From assembly GCA_025201805.1 (NCBI GenBank), contig MU619237.1, positions 62,001 through 126,000 of the forward strand: 64,000 nucleotides of DNA. The letters run 5' to 3'. The DNA is from Parasitella parasitica NRRL 2501. Lineage: Eukaryota; Fungi; Mucoromycota. Both the position numbers and the translations under genes were made by a program. Under the pieces are notes generated by a model that was given only the letters and a program-made list of their open reading frames with translations, was not told where the DNA came from and searched no databases. Positions 38,268-50,618 of this stretch are shown here, piece by piece. Numbering within the stretch: position 1 is the first letter of the stretch; each line of letters opens with the position of its first letter.

Positions 38268-38349
38268 GTCACTTTGTCCGAGTGGTTAAGGAGTTGGATT
38301 CGAAACCCAATGATCTCTGATCGCGCAGGTTCAAATCCTGCAGGTGACG
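38268..38349 (+). tRNA. tRNA-Ser (anticodon CGA)
   Basis: GTCACTT...AGGTGAC acceptor stem, TGTCCGAGTGG A-box, TT-CGA-AA loop, long variable arm GATC-TCT-GATC, GGTTCAAATCC B-box and a downstream T-run. Confidence 0.93.
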
Positions 38350-39396
38350 ATTTTTTTTTAATTTTCCCTAATTTGTACGGAGCGTCGGCAAGAAGTAATA
38401 GCCAATGAGAAGCCCCCTTTTTCAACTGTTACATTAGTTTTGACACAACTTCAAAACAATATAAATAGTAGATCATATGTCAAATTGAATAAATCTCATC
38501 TTTTAACTGATACATATATTTGCCTTATTTATTTTTGAGATGAAGATTGTCAAAGTGCCATTTAAAACCTATTTTTTACACTAGTTTTCCAAGGATAAAT
38601 GATTACAGATATGAACCTAGATCATAGTAGATTATTCATCAAGGATGTCTTTGCAGCAAGGATTGAGAGAGGGAGAACTAATGGCAGATTTTGACGAGTG
38701 TTGGAGCTGCTTCTATTTATTCTTGAATTCGTACTAGCCTGGCCTTGATGATTGTGGTCTTTGTAGAAAATTCTTGGATAATTTGAAGTTTATGTTCATA
38801 ATTTTATTTACAGAGATTCTTTTTGAATATGATAGCCCAGTTTGTACTGCCCTAAAAAGTGCTTGAGGTATCTTGCAATAAAGATTTGAGGTGTGATTTT
38901 GAATTTTCAGTCTATTACTACTATATTGTCATTGTATACACATGTTTTGCCAGTGATGAGTGCCCATCTTTGATTGAGGAGTCTGGCCGACAAATTGACT
39001 CCCATAACCAAGTATTTTAAAAAAGAAACCATGAAACACCCTGAATATTATCATTAGTAGCACACATTCCTATTATCTCTCTATCTCCTTCCTCGAATAT
39101 ATATTTACGTATTTTGGTTTTTAATAAAAATTTTATATGTATACGTGTGTTCTATTTTATGGGTGGTTGAGGGTTGATAGTTTATTCAAAGACAAATTTT
39201 AAGATAAAAGATTTCAGGACAGGAAGATATGCCTTGCTATCGATGCCTACATTGCTCTGGATTTGTTTAAAAACTTAAAGACTCTAAAAAAAATATTAAA
39301 CCGGCCAATAAACTAAAAGCCAAATGTTGGTTCTGTTGTATAAAGTTAATAAAGATCAGAAGATTGTTTGAACCTGTCAATTATTACAGTTTCCTA

Positions 39397-40584
39397 TTAA
39401 TATTTTAGTTGGAATTTGACACTACGTTTATTGTCTATTTTTTTTTTCCGATGATTGTATGTATTCTTGAGACTAAAATGTGTGGAGTAGTTTTTGAAAT
39501 AGTCTTTGCGGCGGCAATTCATCCTGTCGTCCCCAATTTGTTCCATGTAACCCTCAATATGCCGCCAATTTTCGTTGCTCTCTTCGGCGGTTGCAGAATC
39601 GTTGATTGATGATGGTTGTTCAGATGGGATGGTTTGCAGGTGAGATGATGATTCTGGAATGCTGTTTGCTGGCGATGGGTTTCTCGATTCATGGGCAGAT
39701 GAGGTGGTAGACAGTGGCATAGGTGATGATGATCCACTTGATACGAATTTGCGCTTGCATGTTCTTGAGAAAGTCATCCCTTCCTTCAAATAATCGATAG
39801 TTCGCTTCTTTGTGTTAGTATCCTGGACACCGTCGTCAAGCATGTCTATGGCCTTGTGATATCGCGATTCTGCATCTTCAATGACACGTAAAAGGCAACC
39901 TGCCATTGATTCATCCATCATAACCTGATTTTTTGCGTTGGAGTATAAATGCTGAATAAAGGGATTACGATGATGAGCATGATCGGCCAAGGATTACTTT
40001 TGCTCGATGAAGAACGAGCCAAGAGCGACGATTGGATCCAATGGTGTTTTCTCCATATGCGAAGAGATTGATTCTTTGCTCAGGATGAAACACTGATTTG
40101 CCCATGGATAGCATGGCATCTTGAAAAAAAATGGCTTTGACTTGTTCTTGGTTGCATTGTTTATAATCTGGCTACTGCATTCGTGTATGGCAATTACAAG
40201 AACGGCAGGCAACACACCCTATTCAGTGACAATTTCTTCGCAGTATTGTACAACACGGTGCTGGAAATTGTTGTCAACAGCGTATTGTATTTCGACGAGT
40301 ACAGGTGGCATATCTTTTGAGTTATCATCAGTGGCATACAAGACATCAGAGTTCATTCCGTTTGCAGTGGGCCTTGGCCAATAATGGTCAGTGGCCTTTC
40401 GACCTGATACAAACAAATAGGAAGAGCAAATTAGTGTACAATGAATGACTTCCAGTTGAGCAGGTAGGAACTTACCAATCACTGCTTCAATGATGGCGCT
40501 TTTCATTTGATCGTTCTGTAAAATGTGTTTGCTCATCAGATCAGTTCCAAGACGGTTGGCATCGGTTTCACCCTCTCTTGTCAT
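39397..40584 (-). pseudogene. PD-(D/E)XK nuclease-like (Rpn/PDDEXK_2-like) gene interrupted by two in-frame stops
   Basis: ORFs 40219-40695, 39994-40215 and 39397-39990 share one frame, separated only by TAG (40219-40221) and TAA (39994-39996). Likely 72-nt intron 40404-40475. Motifs GTDLMSKHIL, SDVLY and PPVLVEIQYAVDNNFQHRVVQY. Confidence 0.7.
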
Positions 40585-41133
40585 GAAGAAAAAAACTATT
40601 GTCGACAACGTTAGAAAAATAAAGTTATCAACGACAACAATTTGGGTTTTTGTGAACAAGGCGGCTTCTCGTTGCCTATCACATCTTGTCGACAACAGAG
40701 ATATGAAAAATAAAATTCAAGCGTCAACTGAAAGTGGAACTTCAATGCCAACTACCATAATGAGAGATTTGTTGTTTGAACGTCAAGAAATGCAACATAA
40801 ATCTCGGTTAGAACAGTAATAAAGATACCTACATAATAAAACTGCATATACCTGAGCTTTTTTTTTTTTTTTTTTTTTTTTGAAAATAAAAGAGATACTT
40901 TTGTAATTTTGGAATGCTGCTTTTTCTGTGTCTTTAATCGATCTATAGGAACCAATTTTCCAAACATTTAATGATCAAGTTTGAAGTGAGGCACCCAAGT
41001 TCATTTTCCCACGAAAAATCCTCAAGTGGAAAGGCTAATTAAATTTTCACACGGTTGAAAGCTCAAATATCGCATCCAAATTTTTCTTAGGGTCTTTTTA
41101 TCATTTCTTTCTTCTTTTTCACTGTTATTTAAC

Positions 41134-42581
41134 ATGCTTAAAGCACGATTTCTGCTACAAAGATCAATAATTTCGCAACAAAAGAGATTGTTTACAGTGT
41201 CTTCCAGGGTAAGATATTGAAGATTGCATTTTTGCGCGTAATCTGAGAACAGAAAAAAAAACACAGCTCTCCAATTTGGCTACTTCTACCAGTGTTGAAG
41301 AACCCAAACCCGATAGCAATGTCGTATTAACTTCAGGCACTACCAAACCTTGGTCAGCTACAGACAATTTCACAAATACTATGCAATTTATTCAAAAACA
41401 AGAAACTCTTCAAGCTTACCGAGTGATGGATCATACAGGCTCCGTTTTGAATGCAGATCATGATCCCAACTTGCCCAAAGAGCAAGTCTTGAAATGTTAT
41501 AAAGCTATGATATTATTGCATACCATGGATGGCATTCTTTATGATGCTCAGCGCCAAGGACGTATTAGTTTTTATATGACTCATTATGGTGAAGAAGCCA
41601 TGATAGGCAGTGCTGCTGCATTATCTCCTGACGATGTTGTATTCGGTCAATATCGAGAGGCATTTATGCTTGTTTATCGTGGTTTTACTATAGATGACTT
41701 TATCAATCAATGCTTTTCTAATGAATTAGATTATGGCAAAGGTCGTCAGATGCCAGTACATTATGGCTCCAAAAAACACAACTTTCAAACAATCTCTTCA
41801 CCCTTAGGTACCCAAATCCCTCAAGCATCCGGTGCTGCATATGCGCTAAAAATGTCTGGTGCCGATGCTTGTAGTTTATGTTTCTTTGGCGAGGGCGCTG
41901 CATCTGAAGGTGATTTTCATGCAGGCTTGAACATGGCTGCTACTCTTAAAAGCCCTGTTATATTTTTCTGGTAAGACATCAGTCGATTTTTGTTCTCATT
42001 TAGTCCTTTACATATTAACTTTTTACTCATTTAGTCGCAATAATGGGTTTGCTATTTCTACACCATCTACTGAGCAATATAAAGGTGACGGTATTGCCAG
42101 CCGTGGCATTGGATACGGTATTGATACTATCCGAGTGGATGGTAATGACATTTGGGCAATCTACAATGCAACTAAAGCAGCTCGAGAAATGGCAATCAAA
42201 GAGCAAAAGCCAGTCTTGATCGAAGCCATGACTTACCGAATCGGACACCATAGTACATCTGACGATTCTACGAAATACCGTGATAGAAAAGAAGTAGAAG
42301 AACGAGCTCAATTTGATAACCCTGTTACCCGCCTGAGGCGCTATTTAGAGCACAAAAACTGGTGGAGTCAGGATGAGGAAGATGTGTATCGCAAGCAGAT
42401 CAAGAAGGACATTCTCACGAGTTTCACTGCAGCCGAAAAGAGGAAAAAGCCCAATGTAAACCATCTTTTCACAGATGTTTACGATGAATTACCACCTAAT
42501 TTGGTCAAGCAACAGCAGGAATTGCAAGAACTGATTAGCAAATATCCAGAATACTATAGTACAGATGATTTTGCGTCTTGA
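41134..42581 (+). CDS. BCKDHA: Branched-chain 2-oxoacid dehydrogenase E1 alpha subunit
   Basis: Mitochondrial-type presequence [11 protein letters not shown]; [43 protein letters not shown] and [12 protein letters not shown]. Introns at 41209-41266 and ~41971-42034. Confidence 0.95.
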
Positions 42582-42740
42582 TGTAATAAAACCTTGATAT
42601 ATCGTGACTCGTAGTGCTTTATTGATTGTTGTTATGGTTAACAAATGCGTTGCATTCTGATTTCAAAGCGAGCTTAAAGAGATGTATTTAGTTAATCTTT
42701 TACTTTTTGCCTTTTTTTTTCCTTTAATTTACTTATCACG

Positions 42741-45700
42741 ATGCCTGCATTGGATATAAGAGGCTGCTTAGAAGATTCACCTACTTTTAGAAGACGTATT
42801 CAGTCGCACGAAGAATCCGTCCATAATTTCGAGCATTCATTGAAATCACTGATAAAACTAACTCGTTCTCAGGTCGAGATAGCCACTGGTAATGAGGATA
42901 TATGATCATTTTTACACTGGCGTAAATGCGTTTATTAACATCAATAGCAGCTTATAGTCAACAGCAGAGTGATCTTGCTCGTGAGTTTTTGTCATTTGCC
43001 CACGCACAAGATGATCCTATTGTTGGTAATATTCCACCTATACCATAATCCGTCAAGGAAATCCAGTTAACAAAAGGCTGTTTCGTAGCACAAGCACTAG
43101 ATAAGTTTGGCAAATCAGTATTTGAAGTCGAGAAGAGTCGAAACATGCTTGTAAGCGTTTCATGCTGAGAATCGAAACATAAGAGACTAAAAGAAAATTG
43201 TGTGATTAGAATACGCATGTTGTCGATACTTTTATCACACCATTAGATGCATTTGTAAGAGATACAGTTGCGCCTTTAAAGGTAAATAGAGTAAAAAAAA
43301 AAAAAAAAGGCGTTTTACGTATACAATAATTAAATTGGCTTTTGTTCATTCAGGAATTGAGGAAGAAGTTTGAAAAATCAAGCGACGATGTAGATTCCGC
43401 ATTATCGAAATACATGAGCAAAAAGCCTAAAGATCCGACATTACCGGAGGTACAGTACATAGCCATGTATGTGATTTTGCTTGATAGACTAACTTCCTAA
43501 TAACAGGCAGCAAAGGAGCTGGCTGATAATCGAAAGACATTCTATAAATTTTATATGGAGTACGTGTCCAAATTAAACGACATTGAGGCGAAAAAGAAAG
43601 TGGATTATATGGAGAATGTAGGCTGAAACAGTGTAAACGTTGAGTCCTCGATCTAACATCTTCTGCCTCAAGGTGCTTGCATACATGTACTCGGAATCTG
43701 CTTTTCATCATCAAAGTTACGAAATTTTAAAAGACCTGGAGCCTTACATGCGTGACCTGACAGGTAAGCTATAGCCTTTTTTTTTTTTTTTTTTTTTTTC
43801 AATGCCTGTTTTGAACCTTGCCCTGATACTTTGTGCTCGCCCTGAACTCTCGTAGGGTTACTACATGATGTAGGTATCATTTCGAAATTTTTGCGGTACA
43901 AATTGGATTAATTTGTCAGATTTAAATACATAGTCTAGAGAGAGACACGAGGAAGAGGCTCAAGAGGGCCTTATTTACCAATCAATTTGTGAACAGGTTA
44001 GATTCCATATTACACTATTAAATACAATCTTAACATACAATTCAGAATGCTGCTGAGCAATACAATCCCTTGCAAACAGCCAGTAATGCCAAATTAAGTA
44101 TAGGGGGTGATTCGCCATCTACCAAAACCCATAAATCAGGCTATTTATTCGAGAGAAAAAATGGACGAGTATATCAAACCTGGTCTAGGAAATATTACTC
44201 CATCTTCGATGGAGAGTTGATCTGCACTACTCGAAATTCAAAGGTAATCCGCAAATTTTTTGTATCTCTATTGCACTTCATTCATCACACAGTACAATCT
44301 AGACTTCAACTAAAGACGATGATGGCAATAACATCTGCAATTTGCGAGTATGTAGTGTGAAATTGACTGATAATTATGACCGAAGATTCTGCTTTGAAGT
44401 GATTTCACCAAACAGGTACGTCCTTGTCATGCTCAAGAGGAAGAGTTTACTAAATCAATGACACCAGAGTGTTGGTTTTACAGGCAGAAACCGAGCAAGA
44501 CATGAATGGATGGGTCTCTAGTATCCGAACAGCTAGTCAAATGGCCTTGAATTCAGACATTGCGCCAAGATATACACAGCAGTTACCGAATCTTCGAAAG
44601 GTAAGTACCCAAAAAGATACACTGTGCTATCAAAATGTATTAACTTTTCAAAGAATATTTTGGAAACATCTACGCTAAATCAAGCAGGAAACGAAGATGA
44701 AAGAAACGAGGAATCTCAAAGGCAATCCTTGAAAGAAATCAGAATGGTGCCTGGAAATGATCGCTGTGCAGACTGTGGAGCCAATGACCCTGAATGGGCT
44801 TGCACCAATCTAGGGATCATTGTCTGCATTGAATGCTCAGGCATTCACCGTAGTTTGGGTGTACATGTCAGCAAAGTTCGATCCGTTGTGCTTGATAAAT
44901 GGGAATCAGATGCGATTGAGGTCATGTTACGTCTAGGCAACGCTGTTGGTAACAGCATTTACGAATCAGCCGTGCCAGATCATATGGAACCATTTCGTAT
45001 TGCTCACAATTCTGCTAGAGGAGACCGTGATCTATGGATTATTGAAAAATACGTCAAAAAATCGTTTGTGGCCCCATGTAACTTGTCCCAAGAATCGTTA
45101 GATAAGGTACAACCACCTCTGCGATAATAAAAGTCTATCCATACTAATAATCCCGACAGGAATTCTGGAATGTTACTATCGAAGGAGAATTAGATAATTC
45201 ACTAGAGCGGCTGGCACAGGGAGCTAATGTTGACTACAAAAATATAGAAGATGAATCAAGATCTGCTTTGCACAAAATGGTAGACAAAGGCGACGAGGTT
45301 ACAGTCGAATTTTTACTGCAGAGGTTGAGCGATATTAACCAGCAAGATGCTAACGGCTGGACTGCACTTCATTATGCTGCTGCAAACAACAACGTTCGGC
45401 TTGTGCTCGCATTGTTAAAGAGACATGCCAAGCCAGATATCAGCAACAAATCCAATATGGTAACTCAAGCCATTCTGTCATTCATAGCATTTGTATTAAT
45501 CCTTTGGTTAAGTCTCCATTAGATTTGGCTGTAGATCGTCAGAGTGTACAAGCAGTAACAGCATTGCGCTTATTTGCATTTGATAAACAACACAACTCAT
45601 CTCCATCTAGCTCCTTGGATTTTGGATTCCGGGAAGCCATGTCTTCTTTTAAACAAACTAATAGCGAAAGACCTGCTATAGGAACCTCTCATTCAGCTGT

Positions 45701-45791
45701 AGATTTAAGACAGGTCAGCGCCATGGTACCAAAATCAAGCGGTGTGCTTAATGATGATCAGAATAGCCATTTATTGAATATAGACAAATAA
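42741..45791 (+). CDS. BAR-PH-ArfGAP-ankyrin protein (ACAP/centaurin-beta-like), about 14 introns
   Basis: LEDSPTFR (BAR start); KSGYLF...DRRFCFEVISP...LQAETE (PH); CADCGANDPEWACTNLGIIVCIECSGIHRSLGVHVSKVRS (ArfGAP); GWTALHYAA (ANK). Confidence 0.92.
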
Positions 45792-45865
45792 CATATAATT
45801 CCCAATCTAATAATAACAATCTTCTGTATTCCTTTCTTCATTAATCAACTAATAAACTCATGTAC

Positions 45866-45867
<2 letters not shown>

Positions 45868-45939
<72 letters not shown>

Positions 45940-45949
45940 NNNNNNNNNN
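45868..45949. other. Poly(T) tract followed by an assembly gap (10 N, 45940-45949)
   Basis: Directly visible. Confidence 0.95.
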
Positions 45950-45953
45950 TACA

Positions 45954-47226
45954 TTACAGTAAAGGGACAGAATTACGTTTCTTCTGCAATCGTGGTCTCC
46001 CTCTTGGTTTATGCTTTACATCTTGACAGCCAACTTTACCTGTCGAAACACAGCGGCGACAAGGACGAACATTATCACATCGTAAATGTGATCTTTTGCA
46101 ATGGTTACAAGCCTTGTCAACATTTCTACCTTTTTTACAAATTGCGCCAGTTGAGGAGGAGGTCTTTATTGTACGCCTGGACTCTTGGTCAACTTCTTCG
46201 TATTCATCAGTATCAGAAAGCTGCTGTCTAGCAAGATAGTATGATAGACTATCAGATGATGAAGATATGCTTGCTTTTTTTTGTTTAGACTTTTTTTGAT
46301 CTGATCCAAGATTGCTAACACTGTTTTTTCTTTGAGGCATCGATAAGTTATTGTCTCTTGTAGCGTTGCCTAGCTCAGGTGCGTAGCCCATGGGCGTTGG
46401 TTTGTCTGCTTGCTGTATATCTTGATCTAAACCTTCTTGTAAGTGTATTTCTTCTTCGTTTGACGAGGTTGATGAAAATGATGAAAATGAAAATGATGCA
46501 GAAAGCATAGGAGTGGAATTGCTCCGATATGCTAGATGGTGATCGTTGAAAATAGCTGATATTGGTGTTGCCGTTTTGTGGATGGAAGGCAGAGGATATG
46601 GCATGAGTGTTGGCACAAAAGAAGAAGATAGGTGTTGATCAAAGTAGCTGTTGGAACCCTACAATTTATATACTTTAGTTTCGAAAAGTACACTGTTTTA
46701 TTTGAGCATTAACAGCATATCTTACAAAGGTATTATTACAGTTAAACTCGTTCAGCATGTCTTGATCATGAAGATAGTAATCACATGGAAAGACGTCTGA
46801 ATTAGTAGAATCTTCTGGGAATAATGACAAAGGGTGGCATAGCAGCTGGTGTTGTGGTGTGTTTGATTCTGCGTCAAGTCCTGCTACGCTGTTACATGGT
46901 GGTGGCAAACATGTCATATCAAATGCTGTTGCATCCGCGAAAGGTTCAATTGGTGTATAAAAAGGAGTTGAGGATGATTGCTGTTCCATCATTTGTAAAT
47001 AATGCAGATCTGATTCGCAAGTAACAGAAGAATAAAGTTCGTCAAAGTCCAAAAGTGAATCGTTGCTTGCACTGTTTAAGAAGTCTTGTATGCGCTGCTG
47101 ATTTTTCATATCTGTTTGCACTTGCAATGTTTGCTGAAGATGGTTGTAGACCAAACCGTCTGCTGGCATGCATACATCGTCTTCAGTAATCGAATGTAGC
47201 AAATTGTAATAGCTATTACTCTCCAT
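45954..47226 (-). CDS. Transcription factor with C-terminal Zn(II)2Cys6 cluster
   Basis: KACNHCKRSHLRCDNVRPCRRCVSTGKVGCQDVKHKPRGRP. Intron 46659-46725 joins ORF 46675-47226 to ORF 45954-46616 in frame. Confidence 0.85.
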
Positions 47227-48456
47227 GATAGTCTATAACAGAGAAAAGTATGGAAAAGCGAAAAGAAATACGAACGTTTATCAATATGAGTTAAATACAA
47301 AAATTGGAAAACGTATTAAAAGCATTCTTAGGCAAAAGATCAATCTTTTTTTTTCTTCAAAAAATCAACTTTGTACAATTCTTTACCTGGAGTTACAGTA
47401 ATGGTCTGAATTTGTTATTTACATAAACGCTGCTATTATATCATCATTTCGATAGGAAATTTGAATCGATAAGCATGTAGTTTAGTGATTATTATTATTA
47501 TTCTTAATTTCCAGCAAGATACAAACACTACAACAAGACTTAGATCTCTGTCCACAAGAAGACATTGATTTTTACAAAAAAGAGAGAAATACCAATGCAT
47601 ACCTCGTTCAATAACAAATGCATCCATCCAAATATTACTGTTTCTCATAGTACTGATTCGACCTTTATAGATATTTTAGAAGCTTGTAAAACCGAAGAAA
47701 TCCAAATTGTTGACACTGGATTTGTCAAGATGGAAAAATCTCCTGATAATCTTCGTGTTCACCATGCGTCAGCTAGATTGGCATTGCATAAAGTGTATCA
47801 GGAGAGATCATGCTGGAATTCGAATAACAACCATGTACAATAGACATGTTGACACTGTCTCACTTTTATATTAACTGTAATTTTTAACAAACACATAAAA
47901 TCAGGCATTGTTCAATGGCTAGTTTTATTTGTTTGCTATAAACATTTCTAATCTGAAAGTATTAAATTAACCCTGGTCTTGTACATCATGAAAATTACCT
48001 ATTCTGTTGTTTTGGATATAATTTGAACGGTAGCCATGTCAAGATACGTTAAATACTCAATTATAATGACAGAGACACACCTTGTTTCTATACAAAATTT
48101 ATATGCCATATCAAATCTTTTATGTGGATCTAATGTGCCTTGAAATTCAGTCGACAACAGCAAGGACTAGCCTCGTGGAGGATGCTGTATCGCATAGTAT
48201 TTCACTTTGAATATTGACGTTATACATGAGAGTAACTACGCAATAACTCCATCACATGTGTGTCTTCATACATTGGAGCCAAGCAGTGTTTAATGACAAG
48301 CCAAAATGCCTCTTGTGGATCATCAGAGCCTATTTCAAACAGTGTTGTAAAAAGTGACGTAGAAGGAGTCGAGCAAAAAATATTTTCTGAATGGATATAT
48401 TTTGGATTCTAAAACTCTTTTAAATACATTTACATCTTTCGAAAGAAACAGTTATT

Positions 48457-48914
48457 ATGTCTGCTGTAAGTCAAGCTTTGCTATCACATGCACTATAGCA
48501 GTGATGGCGATATATCAATGAACATATACTCATTTTTTGCTCGATAGTTTGTTCCCGTAAACCCCAAGCCTTTTCTTAACGAACTTACTGGTAAGCCTGT
48601 TGCAGTCAAGTTGAAATGGGGCGGTGAATATCAAGGCTATCTTGTTTCTGTTGATAATTACATGAATCTCCAGGTAAGAGTATTGCTGTATTGTACGCGT
48701 TCTTTACTGATTGGATTGTATATTCCTCAGTTGGCAAATACAGAGGAATTCCAAAATGGCACATCAGTTGGCACACTCGGCGAAGTTTTGATTAGGTACA
48801 CTGATTCACGCCTCGATATCTAGAACATGTTCAGCTAATCCACTCTGTTATAGATGCAATAACGTTCTTTATATTCGTGGAGTCGAAACGGACAGCGATG
48901 TGAAAATGGAATAA
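48457..48914 (+). CDS. SNRPF: Small nuclear ribonucleoprotein F (SmF)
   Basis: 9-nt first exon (MSA), then [52 protein letters not shown] and CNNVLYIRG. Confidence 0.93.
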
Positions 48915-49037
48915 GAATTGACATATAACGATATCATATCTCTTGAAAATGGAGACAGAAGAAAATAAAATATTATGTGTATACTTGCGAAAGCGAAGGA
49001 GTGTTTATTAAGGGTAGCCAGCAAGTACGATGGATAT

Positions 49038-50000
49038 TTAGAGCGTTTGATGACCTGCAGTTTTGGATTTATTATTACGCAAAATGACAGCATTATTAGG
49101 TTGCTGGGCAACGATCACTTTTTTGGCGGTCGAAGAGGAGGAGCTCTTGAACCAAGAGGAGAGAAACGACAGCTTGATACGCAGAGGCACAGGCAAAGCA
49201 GACGATAGCTTGAAGTCTGGGCTATTAGATTGAATAGGCCATGATTTGAGCTCTGCAAGTTGATGTTGAACGCCTACAACTTGACTTTCTACCATAACTT
49301 CATACATGGTTAATCTCCAGGACCCTCCAGTTTTGACCCAATCATAAATGTCGATCGTCTCTTCTGCCTTTTCTTTCATCCTCTTTAATGCCTGCTTTGA
49401 GATCGATTTTAGGACGTCGTAAGCAAGGTGTATTCTGTTCATAGGACTTGACTCCAATACACTGCATTTAGGCCCCATTTGACGTTCTATTTCCTGTGCT
49501 AACTGTTCATAACCAGCGTTTAACCTGATATTCATCACCAAGGATCTGGTAGGTTTATCTAGTATCTCAAATCCAGTGAATTCTGGTGGTTTCAGATGTT
49601 GTTTCTTGATCTCTGCATCAACAATTGAGAGGAATTCATCGACTGCATCCCATTTTGTTGAAAAATCAGCACCTCTTTCTATCAAAGCTCTCCCAATAAT
49701 AGGCAGATGAGGCTGTGTGTTGTGAGCTTGGTTAGGGCCAAATTGAACAAACGTGTTTTCTTGAAACTGCTGAAGAGAAGCTTGGATAGGGGTACCTGGA
49801 TCAGGCTCTAGATAGAAAACAAGTGATCTGCGAGCCTCACGAAGCTTGTGTGGTGAAGGGGTGATTCCTGGTGAAGAATTCATTTTGAATGCTTCCAATT
49901 TAAACTCTGCAAAACTAGGCACATCTTCCTCTTTAGATAAGGATTCTCTGGCTGGTGCACTAATGGTAGATCGAGTGTCAATGGCCTCAGATACAGGCAT
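49038..50000 (-). CDS. 2H-phosphoesterase-fold protein resembling the UBASH3/Sts PDE domain; 5' end uncertain
   Basis: LVFYLEP...LQQF...FGPNQAHNTQPHLPI and MNRIHLAY resemble the YVLYLRP...GKNKAHNIFPHITL and LHVTLAY segments of UBASH3. An acceptor-like TTTTCAG just upstream of the ATG suggests an upstream exon. Confidence 0.6.
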   Translation of the reverse strand: MPVSEAIDTRSTISAPARESLSKEEDVPSFAEFKLEAFKMNSSPGITPSPHKLREARRSLVFYLEPDPGTPIQASLQQFQENTFVQFGPNQAHNTQPHLPIIGRALIERGADFSTKWDAVDEFLSIVDAEIKKQHLKPPEFTGFEILDKPTRSLVMNIRLNAGYEQLAQEIERQMGPKCSVLESSPMNRIHLAYDVLKSISKQALKRMKEKAEETIDIYDWVKTGGSWRLTMYEVMVESQVVGVQHQLAELKSWPIQSNSPDFKLSSALPVPLRIKLSFLSSWFKSSSSSTAKKVIVAQQPNNAVILRNNKSKTAGHQTL

Positions 50001-50618
50001 GTCCTGAAAAGAATTTAGTATACAGGAAAGAAGGAGGTATTTTTTGTTCAGAGAGAATCAATATTTATTGAAACTTAAAATAAAGACCCCGTTGTTTAAA
50101 GAAAAAGATGCTCGTGTTACAAAGAAGCAGTGCTGAAAACACACTAGAGAGATGGAAGTTACAAGCTATATAGCATAATCAAATCTGGTTCAAAGAATTA
50201 TCAAAAAGTAGGGCCTTACTATCGCATTTTGATCATCGTCCCAATTTCGATGCTTGACATGGTTTACTATAAAATAAATCCCTATCTGTTGTAGCATCTT
50301 CAGACGGTGTCTTCTTCATAAAACAAAACATTTTCATATTAGATAAATCGTCTCTAAAAGAGTAGACATGAGGTAAATTGTTCACGAGGTTGGGGAGGAG
50401 GGGGATGATAAGCTTACATTTCTGTGATGCAAGATGGTTTTTCATTTTTAACTTCATATTTGCATTCAACAATTGGCATTTCCTGATTGTAGCATCATTT
50501 GCCGTAGTCTGGTTAAAATCTTTCAAGAACGAATAATTATTCTTCCAAAAATGTTTGCTATCAGTGAACTATCAATGCAAATCAAGAATAAAGTGATTCC
50601 AACGAACTTTATTAAATT

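Noticed and set aside
39994-40221. Stop-codon read-through or alternative genetic code in the nuclease-like frame
   Set aside because: Two different stops (TAG, TAA) are involved and both terminate normal genes in this window; pseudogenisation is simpler.
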